From contig JBGAQA010000082.1 of assembly GCA_044220955.1 (NCBI GenBank), positions 1-32,282 on the forward strand: DNA of 32,282 bases, written 5' to 3'. The translations under genes and the position numbers were made by a program. Below, piece by piece: positions 16,641 through 25,743 of this stretch. The notes under the pieces were generated by a model. It worked only from the letters and a program-made list of their open reading frames with translations, was not told where the DNA came from and ran no database searches. Position 1 is the first letter of the stretch. Every line of letters begins with the position of its first letter. The stretch is from Sandaracinaceae bacterium (GTDB taxonomy: Bacteria; Myxococcota_A; Polyangia; Polyangiales; Sandaracinaceae).

Positions 16641-17707
16641 TCCCGGCGAGCGCTCCCGCGCAGCGGCCCGACGACGCGCGCCTGCTCGTCGTCGACGCGG
16701 ACGGCGGCCTCTCGCACCACGCGCGCAGCGAGCTCGCGAGGGTGCTCCGGCCGGGGGACGTCGTGGTCGCGAACGACGCCGCCACGATCCCCGCGAGCCT
16801 GCACGGCGTGCACGTGAGGACCGGGCGCGCGATCGAGGTGCGCCTGGCGGCTCGACGGAGCCTGGACGCTCGTGATCCCTCGCGTTTCCGGGCGGTCCTC
16901 TTCGGCGAGGGGGACCACACGACCCGCACGGAGGAGCGCCCGCTCCCGCCGCCGGTCGCGATCGGCGACGCGCTCGCGCTCGTCGACGGGGCGCTCGGTG
17001 CGCGCGTCTCGGCCATCGAGCACCCGCGCCTGGTCGACCTCGTGCTCGAGGGCGGTGCCGCGCACGTCTGGGAGGCCATCGCGCGCGGCGGCCGCCCCGT
17101 CCAGTACGCTCACGTGCCGACGCCTCTGCGCCTCTGGGACGTGTGGACGCCGATCGCGGGTCCGCCCGTCGCGCTCGAGCCTCCGTCGGCGGGGTTCGTG
17201 CTGGACTTCCGCACGCTCGCGGCGCTGCACGCGCGGGGCATCGAGGTGCACACGCTCACACACGCCGCCGGGCTCTCGTCGACCGGAGATGCCGCGCTCG
17301 ACGCGCGCCTTCCGCTCGACGAGCCCTACGAGATCCCGGCGGCGGCGGCGGTCGCCGTGCTGCGCGCGCGTCGGGCCGGGCGCCGTGTGATCGCGATCGG
17401 CACGACGGTGGTCCGGGCGCTCGAGTCGAGCGCGCGTGCGCACGGGCGGGTCCGGCCCGGACCGGGCCTGGCCACGCTACGCATCGGCCCGCACACGGAC
17501 CTGCGCGTCGTGGACGCGATCGTGTCGGGGACGCACGAGCGCGGGACGAGCCACCACGCGCTGCTCTCGGCGTTCACCGACGAGGAGACGCTCGCGCGCG
17601 CCGACGACGCGCTCGACGCCGCCGCGTACCGCACGCACGAGTTCGGCGACAGCTGTCTCGTCGAGCGTCGGGTCGCGCGCGCGGTGAGCGCGCCATCGGC
17701 GGCGTGA
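16637..17707 (+). CDS. queA: QueA-family protein (S-adenosylmethionine:tRNA ribosyltransferase-isomerase-like, divergent paralogue)
   Basis: GTGA overlap with the SDR gene; ARLLVV, GDVVVAND, EPPSAG, RVIAIGTTVVRALES, YRTHEFGD. Confidence 0.82.
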   Translation: MIPASAPAQRPDDARLLVVDADGGLSHHARSELARVLRPGDVVVANDAATIPASLHGVHVRTGRAIEVRLAARRSLDARDPSRFRAVLFGEGDHTTRTEERPLPPPVAIGDALALVDGALGARVSAIEHPRLVDLVLEGGAAHVWEAIARGGRPVQYAHVPTPLRLWDVWTPIAGPPVALEPPSAGFVLDFRTLAALHARGIEVHTLTHAAGLSSTGDAALDARLPLDEPYEIPAAAAVAVLRARRAGRRVIAIGTTVVRALESSARAHGRVRPGPGLATLRIGPHTDLRVVDAIVSGTHERGTSHHALLSAFTDEETLARADDALDAAAYRTHEFGDSCLVERRVARAVSAPSAA

Positions 17708-17751
17708 GCCACGCGGGAGCCGTCCGCCCTCGTCGGCCGCTCCGCCCGGCG

Positions 17752-18780
17752 TCACTCGACGGTGTAGGTCCAGCGCCAGCTCTGCGGGCTCGTCGGGTCG
17801 GCCGCGATCATCTCGAACACCAGGCGCTGCCCGGCGGCCACGTCGTGCGCCTCGGTGCGCAGGAGCCGGCCGTCCCAGTGGGTGTGCGGGTGCCCCGGCC
17901 CCGTCGAGAGCCGCAGCTCGTCGTCGAACGCGAGCTCGAAGTACTGCGCGAACCCGTCGAGCCTCCCGGAGGCGGCGAGCGTCGTCTCGTACGCGAGGCG
18001 CACGGGCAGCGCGTCGCGCGCCATGGTCCCGAGGTCGAAGCGCAGCACGCTCCGCTCCGGCGCGAGGTTCCGCTCGACGTCGTCGGGTGCGAGCCAGCGC
18101 TTGTCGCGCCCGTCGTGCATCCCCGGCGTCATGCCGGGCCCGGGCGCGAAGCAGGAGAAGTCGAGCCCGTGGAAGCGGTGCTCCCAGCCGTACGGCACCG
18201 TGCGATCCGCGCGCAGCTGCACGGGATCGGCGTAGAGCGCGAAGCGCGCTGGCAGCACGAGCCCGCCGGGCGCGAGCACGCGATCTCGCAGCGACACGAC
18301 GTTCTCGACCATGTCCTCGTCGATGAGGTTGTGTCCGACCTGCTCGTGCAGGATCACGTCGACGGGCACCTTCACCTGGAAGTCCCGGCTGTGCATCGCA
18401 TGAAAGGTGATCGACGACGCGAGGCCGTTGGTGCGGGCGAGCTCGCGCGCGTGCTCGATGACGCCGGTGTGCTCGATCGCGTGCACGTACGCGCCGCGCT
18501 GCGCGGCCAGGCACGCCAGGACGCCGCTGCCCGTTCCCAGGTCGACCACCGTCATCCCCGGCTGCACGTAGCGATCGATCGCGCGGGCATACGCGCGCAT
18601 CCGCACGCGGTCTGCGAGCATCCCGTCGTGCCAGGCGATGTTCTTGAACCCGTCGCGGTTGCTCGCGCGGTACGCCTCGCGCCGCACGGCAGGCACGCTG
18701 CGGATCGCGCGGATGGTCCGCCGCGCCGCCTCGACCGCTGCGCTCTCCAGCCTGCGCAGGCCCCGGGAGGCGATCAACAC
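17752..18780 (-). CDS. Protein arginine methyltransferase (PRMT)-like SAM-dependent methyltransferase
   Basis: HDGMLADRVRMRAY, VVDLGTGSG, VHAIE, double-E loop VDVILHEQVGHNLIDE, LAPGGLVLP, THW loop; start codon uncertain. Confidence 0.85.
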   Translation of the reverse strand: MLIASRGLRRLESAAVEAARRTIRAIRSVPAVRREAYRASNRDGFKNIAWHDGMLADRVRMRAYARAIDRYVQPGMTVVDLGTGSGVLACLAAQRGAYVHAIEHTGVIEHARELARTNGLASSITFHAMHSRDFQVKVPVDVILHEQVGHNLIDEDMVENVVSLRDRVLAPGGLVLPARFALYADPVQLRADRTVPYGWEHRFHGLDFSCFAPGPGMTPGMHDGRDKRWLAPDDVERNLAPERSVLRFDLGTMARDALPVRLAYETTLAASGRLDGFAQYFELAFDDELRLSTGPGHPHTHWDGRLLRTEAHDVAAGQRLVFEMIAADPTSPQSWRWTYTVE

Positions 18781-18921
18781 CCGCTCGCGGGGAGCGGGCG
18801 GGCCGCCATGAGGACGGTCCGGTCGAGGCGCGAGTGGCTCATGGCGCGATCAGAGCGCGGCCCGGGGGCGGGCGCAACCGGCTCCGCTCACACACGGGCG
18901 ATCCGCTAGGATTCCTCGCCG

Positions 18922-19593
18922 ATGTCGCTCACCGACGCCCAGCGCGAGGCCGCGCTGTCCCTCCGCGCCTCGCTGCTCGCCGACACGATGCCGCCCGACG
19001 CGTTTCGCGCGGCGCTCACCCGCATCCCCTCGCAGCTGCGCGACGCGTGGCTCGACCTCGTGCTCGACACGGCAGAGATCCCGCCGGACGACGACGACCT
19101 GCCGCGGGGGTGCGCGCCCTACCTGCCGTGCTCGGTCGACGCGATCCTCGCCATGATCGACCACGCGCGCGTGGAGAGCCGGGACGTGTTCGTGGACGTG
19201 GGCGCCGGGGTCGGGCGGGCGGCGATCCTCACGCACCTGCTCACGGGCGCGGCGGCGATCGGGATCGAGATCCAGGCGCGGCTGGTGTCCGCCGCCCGCG
19301 AGCGGCGCGCGCTCCTCAACCTCCGCAGGTTCGGCGTCGTGCACGGCGACGCCACCGAGCTCACCGGCTACGTCCCGATCGGCTCGGTCTTCTTCCTCTA
19401 CTGCCCCTTCAGCGGCGAGCGCCTCGAGAAGGTGCTCGACGAGCTCGAGCCCATCGCGCGCAGGAGGACGATCCGCGTCTGCTGCGTCGGGATGCCCGCG
19501 CCCGAGCGCCCCTGGCTGCGCCCGATCGCGACGCACGAGGGAGAGCTCGCGGTGTACCGGAGCACCTGCCTCGAGGACGCACCGTCGCCGTGA
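18922..19593 (+). CDS. Class I SAM-dependent methyltransferase, DOT1-like
   Basis: YLP...DVFVDVGAGVGR...AIGIEI...HGDA...VFFLYCPF. Confidence 0.82.
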   Translation: MSLTDAQREAALSLRASLLADTMPPDAFRAALTRIPSQLRDAWLDLVLDTAEIPPDDDDLPRGCAPYLPCSVDAILAMIDHARVESRDVFVDVGAGVGRAAILTHLLTGAAAIGIEIQARLVSAARERRALLNLRRFGVVHGDATELTGYVPIGSVFFLYCPFSGERLEKVLDELEPIARRRTIRVCCVGMPAPERPWLRPIATHEGELAVYRSTCLEDAPSP

Positions 19594-20213
19594 AGGGTGC
19601 CGTCGCCGTGGCGTTCGTCCGCGCGGCGCTCGTGCTGCTCGTCCTCGGCGGCACGCTCGGCGTGGCGCTCGACGCCTGGCACGTCGCGAGCGGCACCACG
19701 CGCTACGCGCACGCGTGGACGTTCGGCATCGCGACCTGGACGATCCCCCTGTTCGCGTGCGCGGGCGTGGCCGTGGGGCTCGCGCCCGTCGCGCGCGAGC
19801 GGGCGCTCGGCCGAGTGCTCCGGCCCGCGAGCCCCGGTCGTGTGGCCATCGCGATGGGCCTCTTCGTGCTCGCCTACCTCGTCACCGGCGTGCTGCGCGG
19901 CGCGACGTGCGCGGCGGCGCTCGCGCTGCTCGCGCTGGCGATCTACGCCGTGGGCGATCGTCCACCGCCCGGCGTCGCGATCGCGCACGCGGCCGGAGCG
20001 GGGATCGGCGGCGCGCTCGTCGAGATGACGCTCGTCCACGTCGGCGCGTTCTTCCACACGGACGACCGCTTCTTCGGCGTCGCGCCCTGGCTGCCGCTGC
20101 TCTACGCGTGCGCGTCCCTCGCGCTCACCGCGCTCGCACGTGCGCTCGTCACGGGATCGGGAGCGTACGGCCCCGCGCCCCACCCGTCCGCCACGCCGAC
20201 GCGCACGGCGTGA
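19590..20213 (+). CDS. Polytopic membrane protein (DUF2878/INSIG-like internal duplication)
   Basis: GTGA overlap; ~6 TM helices; two similar halves (FGIATWTIPLF / FGVAPWLPLLY). Confidence 0.7.
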   Translation: MKGAVAVAFVRAALVLLVLGGTLGVALDAWHVASGTTRYAHAWTFGIATWTIPLFACAGVAVGLAPVARERALGRVLRPASPGRVAIAMGLFVLAYLVTGVLRGATCAAALALLALAIYAVGDRPPPGVAIAHAAGAGIGGALVEMTLVHVGAFFHTDDRFFGVAPWLPLLYACASLALTALARALVTGSGAYGPAPHPSATPTRTA

Positions 20214-20304
20214 CGGTGTCGATCGGAACCGAGCTCGCTCCGGCGAAGACGATCGTGCGATGAGACGACTCGCGCGAGCCAGCGCGCCAGGGTAAGGCCT
20301 CGTC

Positions 20305-20835
20305 ATGCGCGTGACCGGCTGGCTGGCGCTCTCTGCCTTCGCGCTCCTGGCGCTCGAGACCGCGTGCGGGCCGCTCGCCACGCCCGACGACGGCACGCTC
20401 GTCGGGAACTTCACGATCGTCGCGACCCTGCAGTCGAACTCGTGCGCTCCCGGCTACAACCCCGCCACGCCCACCACGTTCCGCGCGAGCGTGCACGCGA
20501 GCGGCGGCAGCGCGACGTGGTCCGCGGCAGGATCGAGCGTCACCGGCACCGCGTCGGGCAGCTCGATCCACGTCGTCGCGCACGCCGCGACGAGCCCGTA
20601 CACGAACTGCGTCATCGACCAGACCGAGACCATCGACGCGACGTACGTGATCACGCCCGCCGACTCGGGCACGCCCGACGCGGGCGCCCACTCGGCCACC
20701 ATCACGGGAACGGACAGCGTGACGCTCTCGACCAGCTCCGGGCCGCCGTGCCTGCCGCTCTTGATCGTGAACGGCGGCGCGTACCCGATGTTTCCGTGCA
20801 CCGCGACGTTCACGTTCACCGGCACGACGAGCTGA
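20305..20835 (+). CDS. Hypothetical lipoprotein (beta-barrel-like)
   Basis: Signal peptide ending ETAC; Thr-rich beta strands with 4 further Cys. Confidence 0.78.
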   Translation: MRVTGWLALSAFALLALETACGPLATPDDGTLVGNFTIVATLQSNSCAPGYNPATPTTFRASVHASGGSATWSAAGSSVTGTASGSSIHVVAHAATSPYTNCVIDQTETIDATYVITPADSGTPDAGAHSATITGTDSVTLSTSSGPPCLPLLIVNGGAYPMFPCTATFTFTGTTS

Positions 20836-20881
20836 TCGTCGAGTCCTGCGCGTCGCCTCGGAATCGTGCTCAGATGGCGCG

Positions 20882-21631
20882 GTGACGGAGAAGAAGCCGG
20901 CCAAGGCCGCTGGCGTGCACATTCACTCGACCGGCGGCGCCGACGCGGCCATCGTCGATGACCTGCGCCCGAAGGGAAGGCGGCGTGCTGGACGCGCCGT
21001 CGACGACGCGGGGGGTGCGACGTCCGGAGCCGCCGAGAGCGCCAGCCGGACCCCGAGCGAGGAGCTGCCGCTGCCCGAGGCACCCGCGACTGCCGACCCC
21101 GAGCCGCCGGACGCCGGGGCGACGGGCGCTGCGGTGGCGGAGGCCGGGGTGGCGGAGGCCGCGGTGGCGGAGGCGGTCGCCCCCACGGCGCCGGCGGCGC
21201 GCGGCAACGCCCGGCGGACGATCCCGGCCACCCCGCGCACCAAGGGGATCCCGGCGCCCGACCCGCGACTGCCCGAGGTCGAGAAGGCCCTCGCGCGCGG
21301 CGACTGGGCCGCGATCACCAAGCTCCTCGATCCGTCCGGAGAGCCGGGCGCGCTGTCGCCGCCGATGCGCCTGCTCTGGGCCGTCGCGACGAAGGAGGCG
21401 AACGCCAGCGCGGGCTCGGCCGTCGACAACGTGGCGATCGAGGCCCTCGCCGAGCTGCTCGACGTCGGCAAGCAGAGCCCCATGGCGCTCGTGCTCGCCA
21501 AGCGCACGCTGCGTCGTCGCGCCTGGACGAGCACGCCGGCCCCGAGCGCGACCGTCTCCGGGGTCATCATCGTGCTCGGCCTCGTCCTCGGCCTCGGCAT
21601 CGGCTGGCTCGCGACGATCCTGCTCTACTGA
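20882..21631 (+). CDS. Hypothetical protein with C-terminal membrane anchor
   Basis: Disordered A/P/E-rich N-terminus, helical core, C-terminal TM helix; GC3 bias. Confidence 0.72.
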   Translation: MTEKKPAKAAGVHIHSTGGADAAIVDDLRPKGRRRAGRAVDDAGGATSGAAESASRTPSEELPLPEAPATADPEPPDAGATGAAVAEAGVAEAAVAEAVAPTAPAARGNARRTIPATPRTKGIPAPDPRLPEVEKALARGDWAAITKLLDPSGEPGALSPPMRLLWAVATKEANASAGSAVDNVAIEALAELLDVGKQSPMALVLAKRTLRRRAWTSTPAPSATVSGVIIVLGLVLGLGIGWLATILLY

Positions 21632-22227
21632 CCCGCCTCCCGCGGCGCCGGCGGGAGCCAGCGCGGGTTGATCCGCTGCGTCGTCACGTGGTCGACCCAG
21701 CTGCCCGCGATGAGCAGGTAGTCGCGCGCGTAGCCGAAGGGCACGAAGTCCAGGCGTCGGAGCAGCGTCGCGCTCCGCACGTTCTCGGGGCGGTGGCTCG
21801 CCTCCAGCCGGTGCAGGCAGAGCTCGTCCCACGCGTGCGCGATCACCGCCTCGCACGCCTCGCGCATCACGCCCTGTCCCTCGCGCGACGCGCAGAGCCC
21901 GAAGCCGAAGTTGGCCGAGTGGAAGCAGCCGCGCGCGACGTTCGAGAGGCCGACCGTCCCGATCACGCGGCCGCTCGGCCGCTCGAAGAGATGGAAGCGG
22001 TACGCGCGGTCCGCGTCGCGCTCGCGCCGGTGGTTGGCGAGCCGGTCGAGCCAGAACGCCTCCGTGTAGAAGCCCGGCGGCGCCTCGGGCTCCCAGCGCT
22101 CGAGGTGCGCGCGGTTGCGCGCGAAGTAGTCGAGCACGAGGCGCGCCTCGTGGTCCGCAGCGAGGCGGAGCACGAGGCGATCGGTGACGAGCTCGACCTC
22201 GCCCTCCGCGCTGGCTGCCGCGCTCAC
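21625..22227 (-). CDS. rimJ: RimJ-type GNAT N-acetyltransferase (ribosomal protein S5-alanine N-acetyltransferase)
   Basis: TDRLVLR, NRAHLERWEP, SNVARGCFHSA, EGQGVMREA, LHRLEA, ENVRS, GYARDYLLIAGSWVDH. Confidence 0.85.
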   Translation of the reverse strand: MSAAASAEGEVELVTDRLVLRLAADHEARLVLDYFARNRAHLERWEPEAPPGFYTEAFWLDRLANHRRERDADRAYRFHLFERPSGRVIGTVGLSNVARGCFHSANFGFGLCASREGQGVMREACEAVIAHAWDELCLHRLEASHRPENVRSATLLRRLDFVPFGYARDYLLIAGSWVDHVTTQRINPRWLPPAPREAGQ

Positions 22228-23285
22228 TCGCCTTCGGTGACGCGCGTGAGCGCGCTGCCCGCGACCACGCCGCGCACGGCGCAGCCCTCGTCGACCGCGA
22301 CGTACACGTCGACGTCCTCCGAGCCCGCCGTGCGGCTCATCTCGCGCGCCCAGCCGTCGGCGCGCAGGCGCGCGACCTGCTCGCCGTAGAAGCGCACCCA
22401 GGTGCCAGACGCCACGCGGAAGAGCGCGCCCTCCTCGACCGCGATGCGCTCGGGCATGTGGCCCTCGGCGACCTCGACCGAGGGCGCGACCGGGCGCGTG
22501 CCGAGCTGATCGGCGCTCGACGCCGCGAGCTCGCCCTGGATGTAGCCGACGAGGAAGGGACCGACGCCGACGCGCACGCCGTTCCAGCCGTCGCGGCTGC
22601 GGATCACGACGACCGTGAGCGGCGGGTCGAGCGCGGGCAGGCGTGCGATCACCGCGCCGCCCGGGCGATCGTAGACGGGCACCTCGGTCGCGGCGGGCAG
22701 GCTGCGGAACTCGCCCGGGCTCAGGCCCGTGTCGCCGTCGGCCTCGGGGTGATCGACGAGCCAGTCGCCGGGGACCGAGCCGACGAAGGGCCCGAGGTCG
22801 GCGGCGCCCTCGCGGCCGAGGCGCGGGCGGATCTCCACGCGGAAGCTGCCGTCGGACGACTGCGACACGATGCCCACGGGATCGTTGGCGCCGAGGAAGG
22901 CGGGCGTGCCGTCGATGCGGCCCCGCTGGTTCACGTAGGCGCGCAGGCGCGCGAGCGGCACGTAGCCGTGCACGACCAGCTGTCCGCCGACCGTGACGGG
23001 CAGGCGCCCGTTCTCGGGCGGGCCGTTCACGCGGACGCGGACGCCCTCGGTGAGGTAGCCGAAGGGCGGCGCGTTGTCGTCGGCCGCCGCGTAGAGCGCG
23101 GGGCCCTGACCGGGGGCGACGACGAGCACGCCCGGCCAGCCCGCGGGCGGGCCTCCGCTCGGCGTGGTGCTCGCGCCGGTGCCGGAGGACGCGCTCGCGC
23201 CGCCGCCACCACCGCCGCAGCCGGCGAGCGCGAGCAGGAAGAGGACGGCACGAAGGGAAGAAGAGGTCCGCATCCGCGAGATCAT
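22224..23285 (-). CDS. Hypothetical lipoprotein (repeated SH3-like beta domains)
   Basis: Lipobox LAGC, G/S linker, repeated (L/V)Y..P/A....G/A.L..G pattern; GTGA overlap with rimJ. Confidence 0.75.
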   Translation of the reverse strand: MISRMRTSSSLRAVLFLLALAGCGGGGGGASASSGTGASTTPSGGPPAGWPGVLVVAPGQGPALYAAADDNAPPFGYLTEGVRVRVNGPPENGRLPVTVGGQLVVHGYVPLARLRAYVNQRGRIDGTPAFLGANDPVGIVSQSSDGSFRVEIRPRLGREGAADLGPFVGSVPGDWLVDHPEADGDTGLSPGEFRSLPAATEVPVYDRPGGAVIARLPALDPPLTVVVIRSRDGWNGVRVGVGPFLVGYIQGELAASSADQLGTRPVAPSVEVAEGHMPERIAVEEGALFRVASGTWVRFYGEQVARLRADGWAREMSRTAGSEDVDVYVAVDEGCAVRGVVAGSALTRVTEGE

Positions 23286-23383
23286 GGCGCGATCGCTACC
23301 AGATCGCCGCCTTTGGTGCGAGGGGGCGGCTGATCCGGGGCCGGCGGCGTCAGTCCGATGGAGTAACCACCGTCGTTGCCCTC

Positions 23384-23911
23384 ATGCCACACGACGTTGC
23401 GAAGCTCGATCTCCCGTCCCGTGAGCGTGCCGAGCGCGCGATTCTCATCCTGCGCGGGCAGCGCGTGATGCTCGATGAAGAGCTCGCAGTGCTCTATGGC
23501 GTCGAGGTCAAGGCGCTCAACCAGGCGACGAAACGGAACCGGGAGCGCTTCCCGAGCGACTTCATGTTCCAGCTGACCTCCGACGAGGTTCGTGCTTTGC
23601 GGTCACAAATCGTGACCGCAAAGTCGAGGCGCGGTGGGCGCCGCTCCGCTCCCTATGCGTTCACCGAGCACGGGGTTGCGATGCTCTCGAGCGTGCTGAG
23701 GAGCCCGCGCGCAGTTCGGGTGAACATCGAGATCATGCGCGCATTCGGCCGCCTGCGGCAAATGTTGCAGGAGAACGCCGAGCTCGCCCGGCGGCTCGAC
23801 GAGCTGGAGAAGAAGTACGACGCACGCTTCCGGATCGTGTTCGACGCCATCCGCGAGCTCACGTCCCCGCCGGGCCTGCCGCGCCGACCGATCGGATTTC
23901 GGTCTCCGTGA
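23384..23911 (+). CDS. ORF6N-domain (KilA-N-like) DNA-binding protein
   Basis: [62 protein letters not shown]-terminal RPIGF. Confidence 0.93.
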   Translation: MPHDVAKLDLPSRERAERAILILRGQRVMLDEELAVLYGVEVKALNQATKRNRERFPSDFMFQLTSDEVRALRSQIVTAKSRRGGRRSAPYAFTEHGVAMLSSVLRSPRAVRVNIEIMRAFGRLRQMLQENAELARRLDELEKKYDARFRIVFDAIRELTSPPGLPRRPIGFRSP

Positions 23912-24259
23912 GGTGCGAGCGGCGTGTGCGAGCCTTTCGCCGACGAGACACACGGCGCATGCCTCGGCGTCTGCGATCCGACCCGGGCCGACTCGTGCGG
24001 CGCGGGACCGTGCGAGCCCCACCGACAGGTGAGCGGACCCACGCGCTTCGAGTGCGGGTCGATCGCCGGTACGCAGCCGCTCGGTGCCTCGTGCTCCAGC
24101 TCGTCGTGCGCGTCCGGTCTCTTCTGCACGACCGACGCGACGGGAGCCTCGGTCTGCTACGGCTACTGCGATCCCGCGAGCTCGACACCGTGCGCCGGGG
24201 GCGGCCCGTGTCTGATGTTCGATCCGGCCGACCCGGTCGGATACTGCGACGGCTCGTGA
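23912..24259 (+). pseudogene. 3' remnant of a Cys-rich secreted repeat protein
   Basis: Cys-dense frame (GASGVCEP...CASGLFC...GYCDGS*) begins right after the ORF6N stop in the same frame; no signal peptide or RBS. Confidence 0.55.
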
Positions 24260-24319
24260 CGTCACTGTGCACGGCCGAGGCGGGGGCGCGTTCTCCGTCC
24301 TCGGTCGTTCGATCGCTCG

Positions 24320-24488
24320 TGGGTTCTGCGTGAACGAAGAGGTCGAGGTCTTCCGTCGTGCGGTGCCCGCAGTGGAGCCCGGCGAGCGCACCACCGCAGG
24401 TCAGGAACCACTCGGTCGCGTTGGGCGCGAAGCCGAGCAGCACCTCGCGCTGCAGCGGCGAGAGCCGGCTATCGCGGAAGGAGTCCAT
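24320..24488 (-). pseudogene. Truncated AbiEii/AbiGii-type nucleotidyltransferase toxin
   Basis: MDSFRDSRLSPLQREVL...WFLTCGGALAGLHCGHRTTEDLDLF matches the GGTAL...HR.S.DLD NTase N-terminus; similarity ends after ~55 aa. Confidence 0.75.
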
Positions 24489-24768
24489 CGCGGCGCCATC
24501 CCTCGACGAGGAACTCCCAGAAGTCACGCCGCCGTCCGAGCATCGGCCGCAGCGCCTCCCAGTGCGGAAGCACGTCGCGCCGGAGCGAGAGGTAGCGCCA
24601 CACGTCGCGGTAGCGCGCCTCCGAGAGGATCCGCGCCATCCAGAAGAGACGCGCGTCGGCGTCATCGCCGGCGAGCGCCGCGCGCACCTGCGCGTTCGTC
24701 GTGCTGACGTCCCAGTTGAAGTACGGGACCGCGCCCTCGCGGTCCACGTCGAGCTCGATGGAGGACAC
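24469..24768 (-). CDS. Small helical protein, probable cognate antitoxin (DUF6922-like)
   Basis: PYFNWD...WMARILSEARYRDVW...RRRDFWEFL; overlaps the start of the AbiEii-like gene. Confidence 0.72.
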   Translation of the reverse strand: MSSIELDVDREGAVPYFNWDVSTTNAQVRAALAGDDADARLFWMARILSEARYRDVWRYLSLRRDVLPHWEALRPMLGRRRDFWEFLVEGWRRDGLLPR

Positions 24769-24795
24769 GAGCCCGATCCTAGCGCATCGCCCGGC

Positions 24796-25743
24796 TCAGA
24801 GCGGGCGCGTGAGCACGCTGCCGAGGCCGGCGCCGGCCACGAGGTGCGTGCGGGTCGCGCACGCGCCGACGATCTCTCTCTGATCGCCCTCGCCGAAGTC
24901 GTACGAGGTGAGCGCGCTCTGCCAGGTGCCGTCGGCGCGCTCGAAGACGCCCACGCTCGTCGCCGCCCAGACGCGGCCGCCCTGCGCGCTGACCTGGCGG
25001 AGCTCGTCGCCGAGCGGCGGCGGGATGGCGATCCACTCACGACCGTTCCAGCGCAGGACGATCGGCGTCGCGCCGCGCGCGGACCACGCCCACACCTCCG
25101 ACGCGCTCACGGCGAAGAGGCCTCCGAGCGTGACGTCGGTGCCGCTCGCGCTGCGCGCCCAGGCGCGTCCGTCCCAGTGCATCAGCGTGCCGCCCTGGCC
25201 CGCGGTCCAGAGATCGCCCGGGCCGGTGCCGGCGACGGCCGAGAGGTCGCGCCAGGTGCCGGCGTCGTACGTGCGCAGGTCCGTTCCATCGCGGCGCGCG
25301 ATCCAGCCGCGCCCCACGGCGTACACGTCCGCACCGACCGACGCGAGGCCGCCGAAGGGATCATAGCGACCGGCCGACGCACGCGTCGCGATCGACCACG
25401 CGCTGCCGTCCCAGCTCGCGACGCGTCCGCTCGCCTCGACGAGCACGCCGGTGGGCGTCGCCTCGAGGTGCGTGCCGTACGTGCGGCCCTCGCCGTAGCC
25501 GGGGATCTCCGGGAGCTCGTGCCACGCGCTGCCGTCCCACTCGGCGACCCCGCCGCCCCAGCCGCGCGCGTAGGCGCGATCGGCGGAGCAGGCGACGGCG
25601 TTCACGTCGGTGAGGCGGCGCAGGCGCGAGGTGAGCGACCAGCCGTTCGAGAGCGCGATGGTCTCGCCCTGGGCGAGAGCGAGGGCGGGAGCGAGAGCGA
25701 GAGCGAGAGCGAGAGCGAGAGCGGGTGCGAGAGCGCGGGTCAT
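24796..25743 (-). CDS. Secreted beta-propeller repeat protein (WDGxxW repeats)
   Basis: ATGA overlap; (AL)n signal peptide encoded by hexamer repeats; repeats WDGSAW x2, WDGRAW, WNGREW. Confidence 0.82.
   Translation of the reverse strand: MTRALAPALALALALALAPALALAQGETIALSNGWSLTSRLRRLTDVNAVACSADRAYARGWGGGVAEWDGSAWHELPEIPGYGEGRTYGTHLEATPTGVLVEASGRVASWDGSAWSIATRASAGRYDPFGGLASVGADVYAVGRGWIARRDGTDLRTYDAGTWRDLSAVAGTGPGDLWTAGQGGTLMHWDGRAWARSASGTDVTLGGLFAVSASEVWAWSARGATPIVLRWNGREWIAIPPPLGDELRQVSAQGGRVWAATSVGVFERADGTWQSALTSYDFGEGDQREIVGACATRTHLVAGAGLGSVLTRPL

Noticed and set aside
18780..18809. Frameshift linking ATG 18809 to the PRMT-like gene
   Set aside because: The ATG is out of frame with the ORF, but an in-frame GTG/TTG exists and all conserved motifs lie downstream; evidence is insufficient
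21125..21180. 15-nt repeat GCGGTGGCGGAGGCC x3
   Set aside because: Short coding repeat (AVAEA) in a disordered linker, unrelated to the GAGNNC arrays
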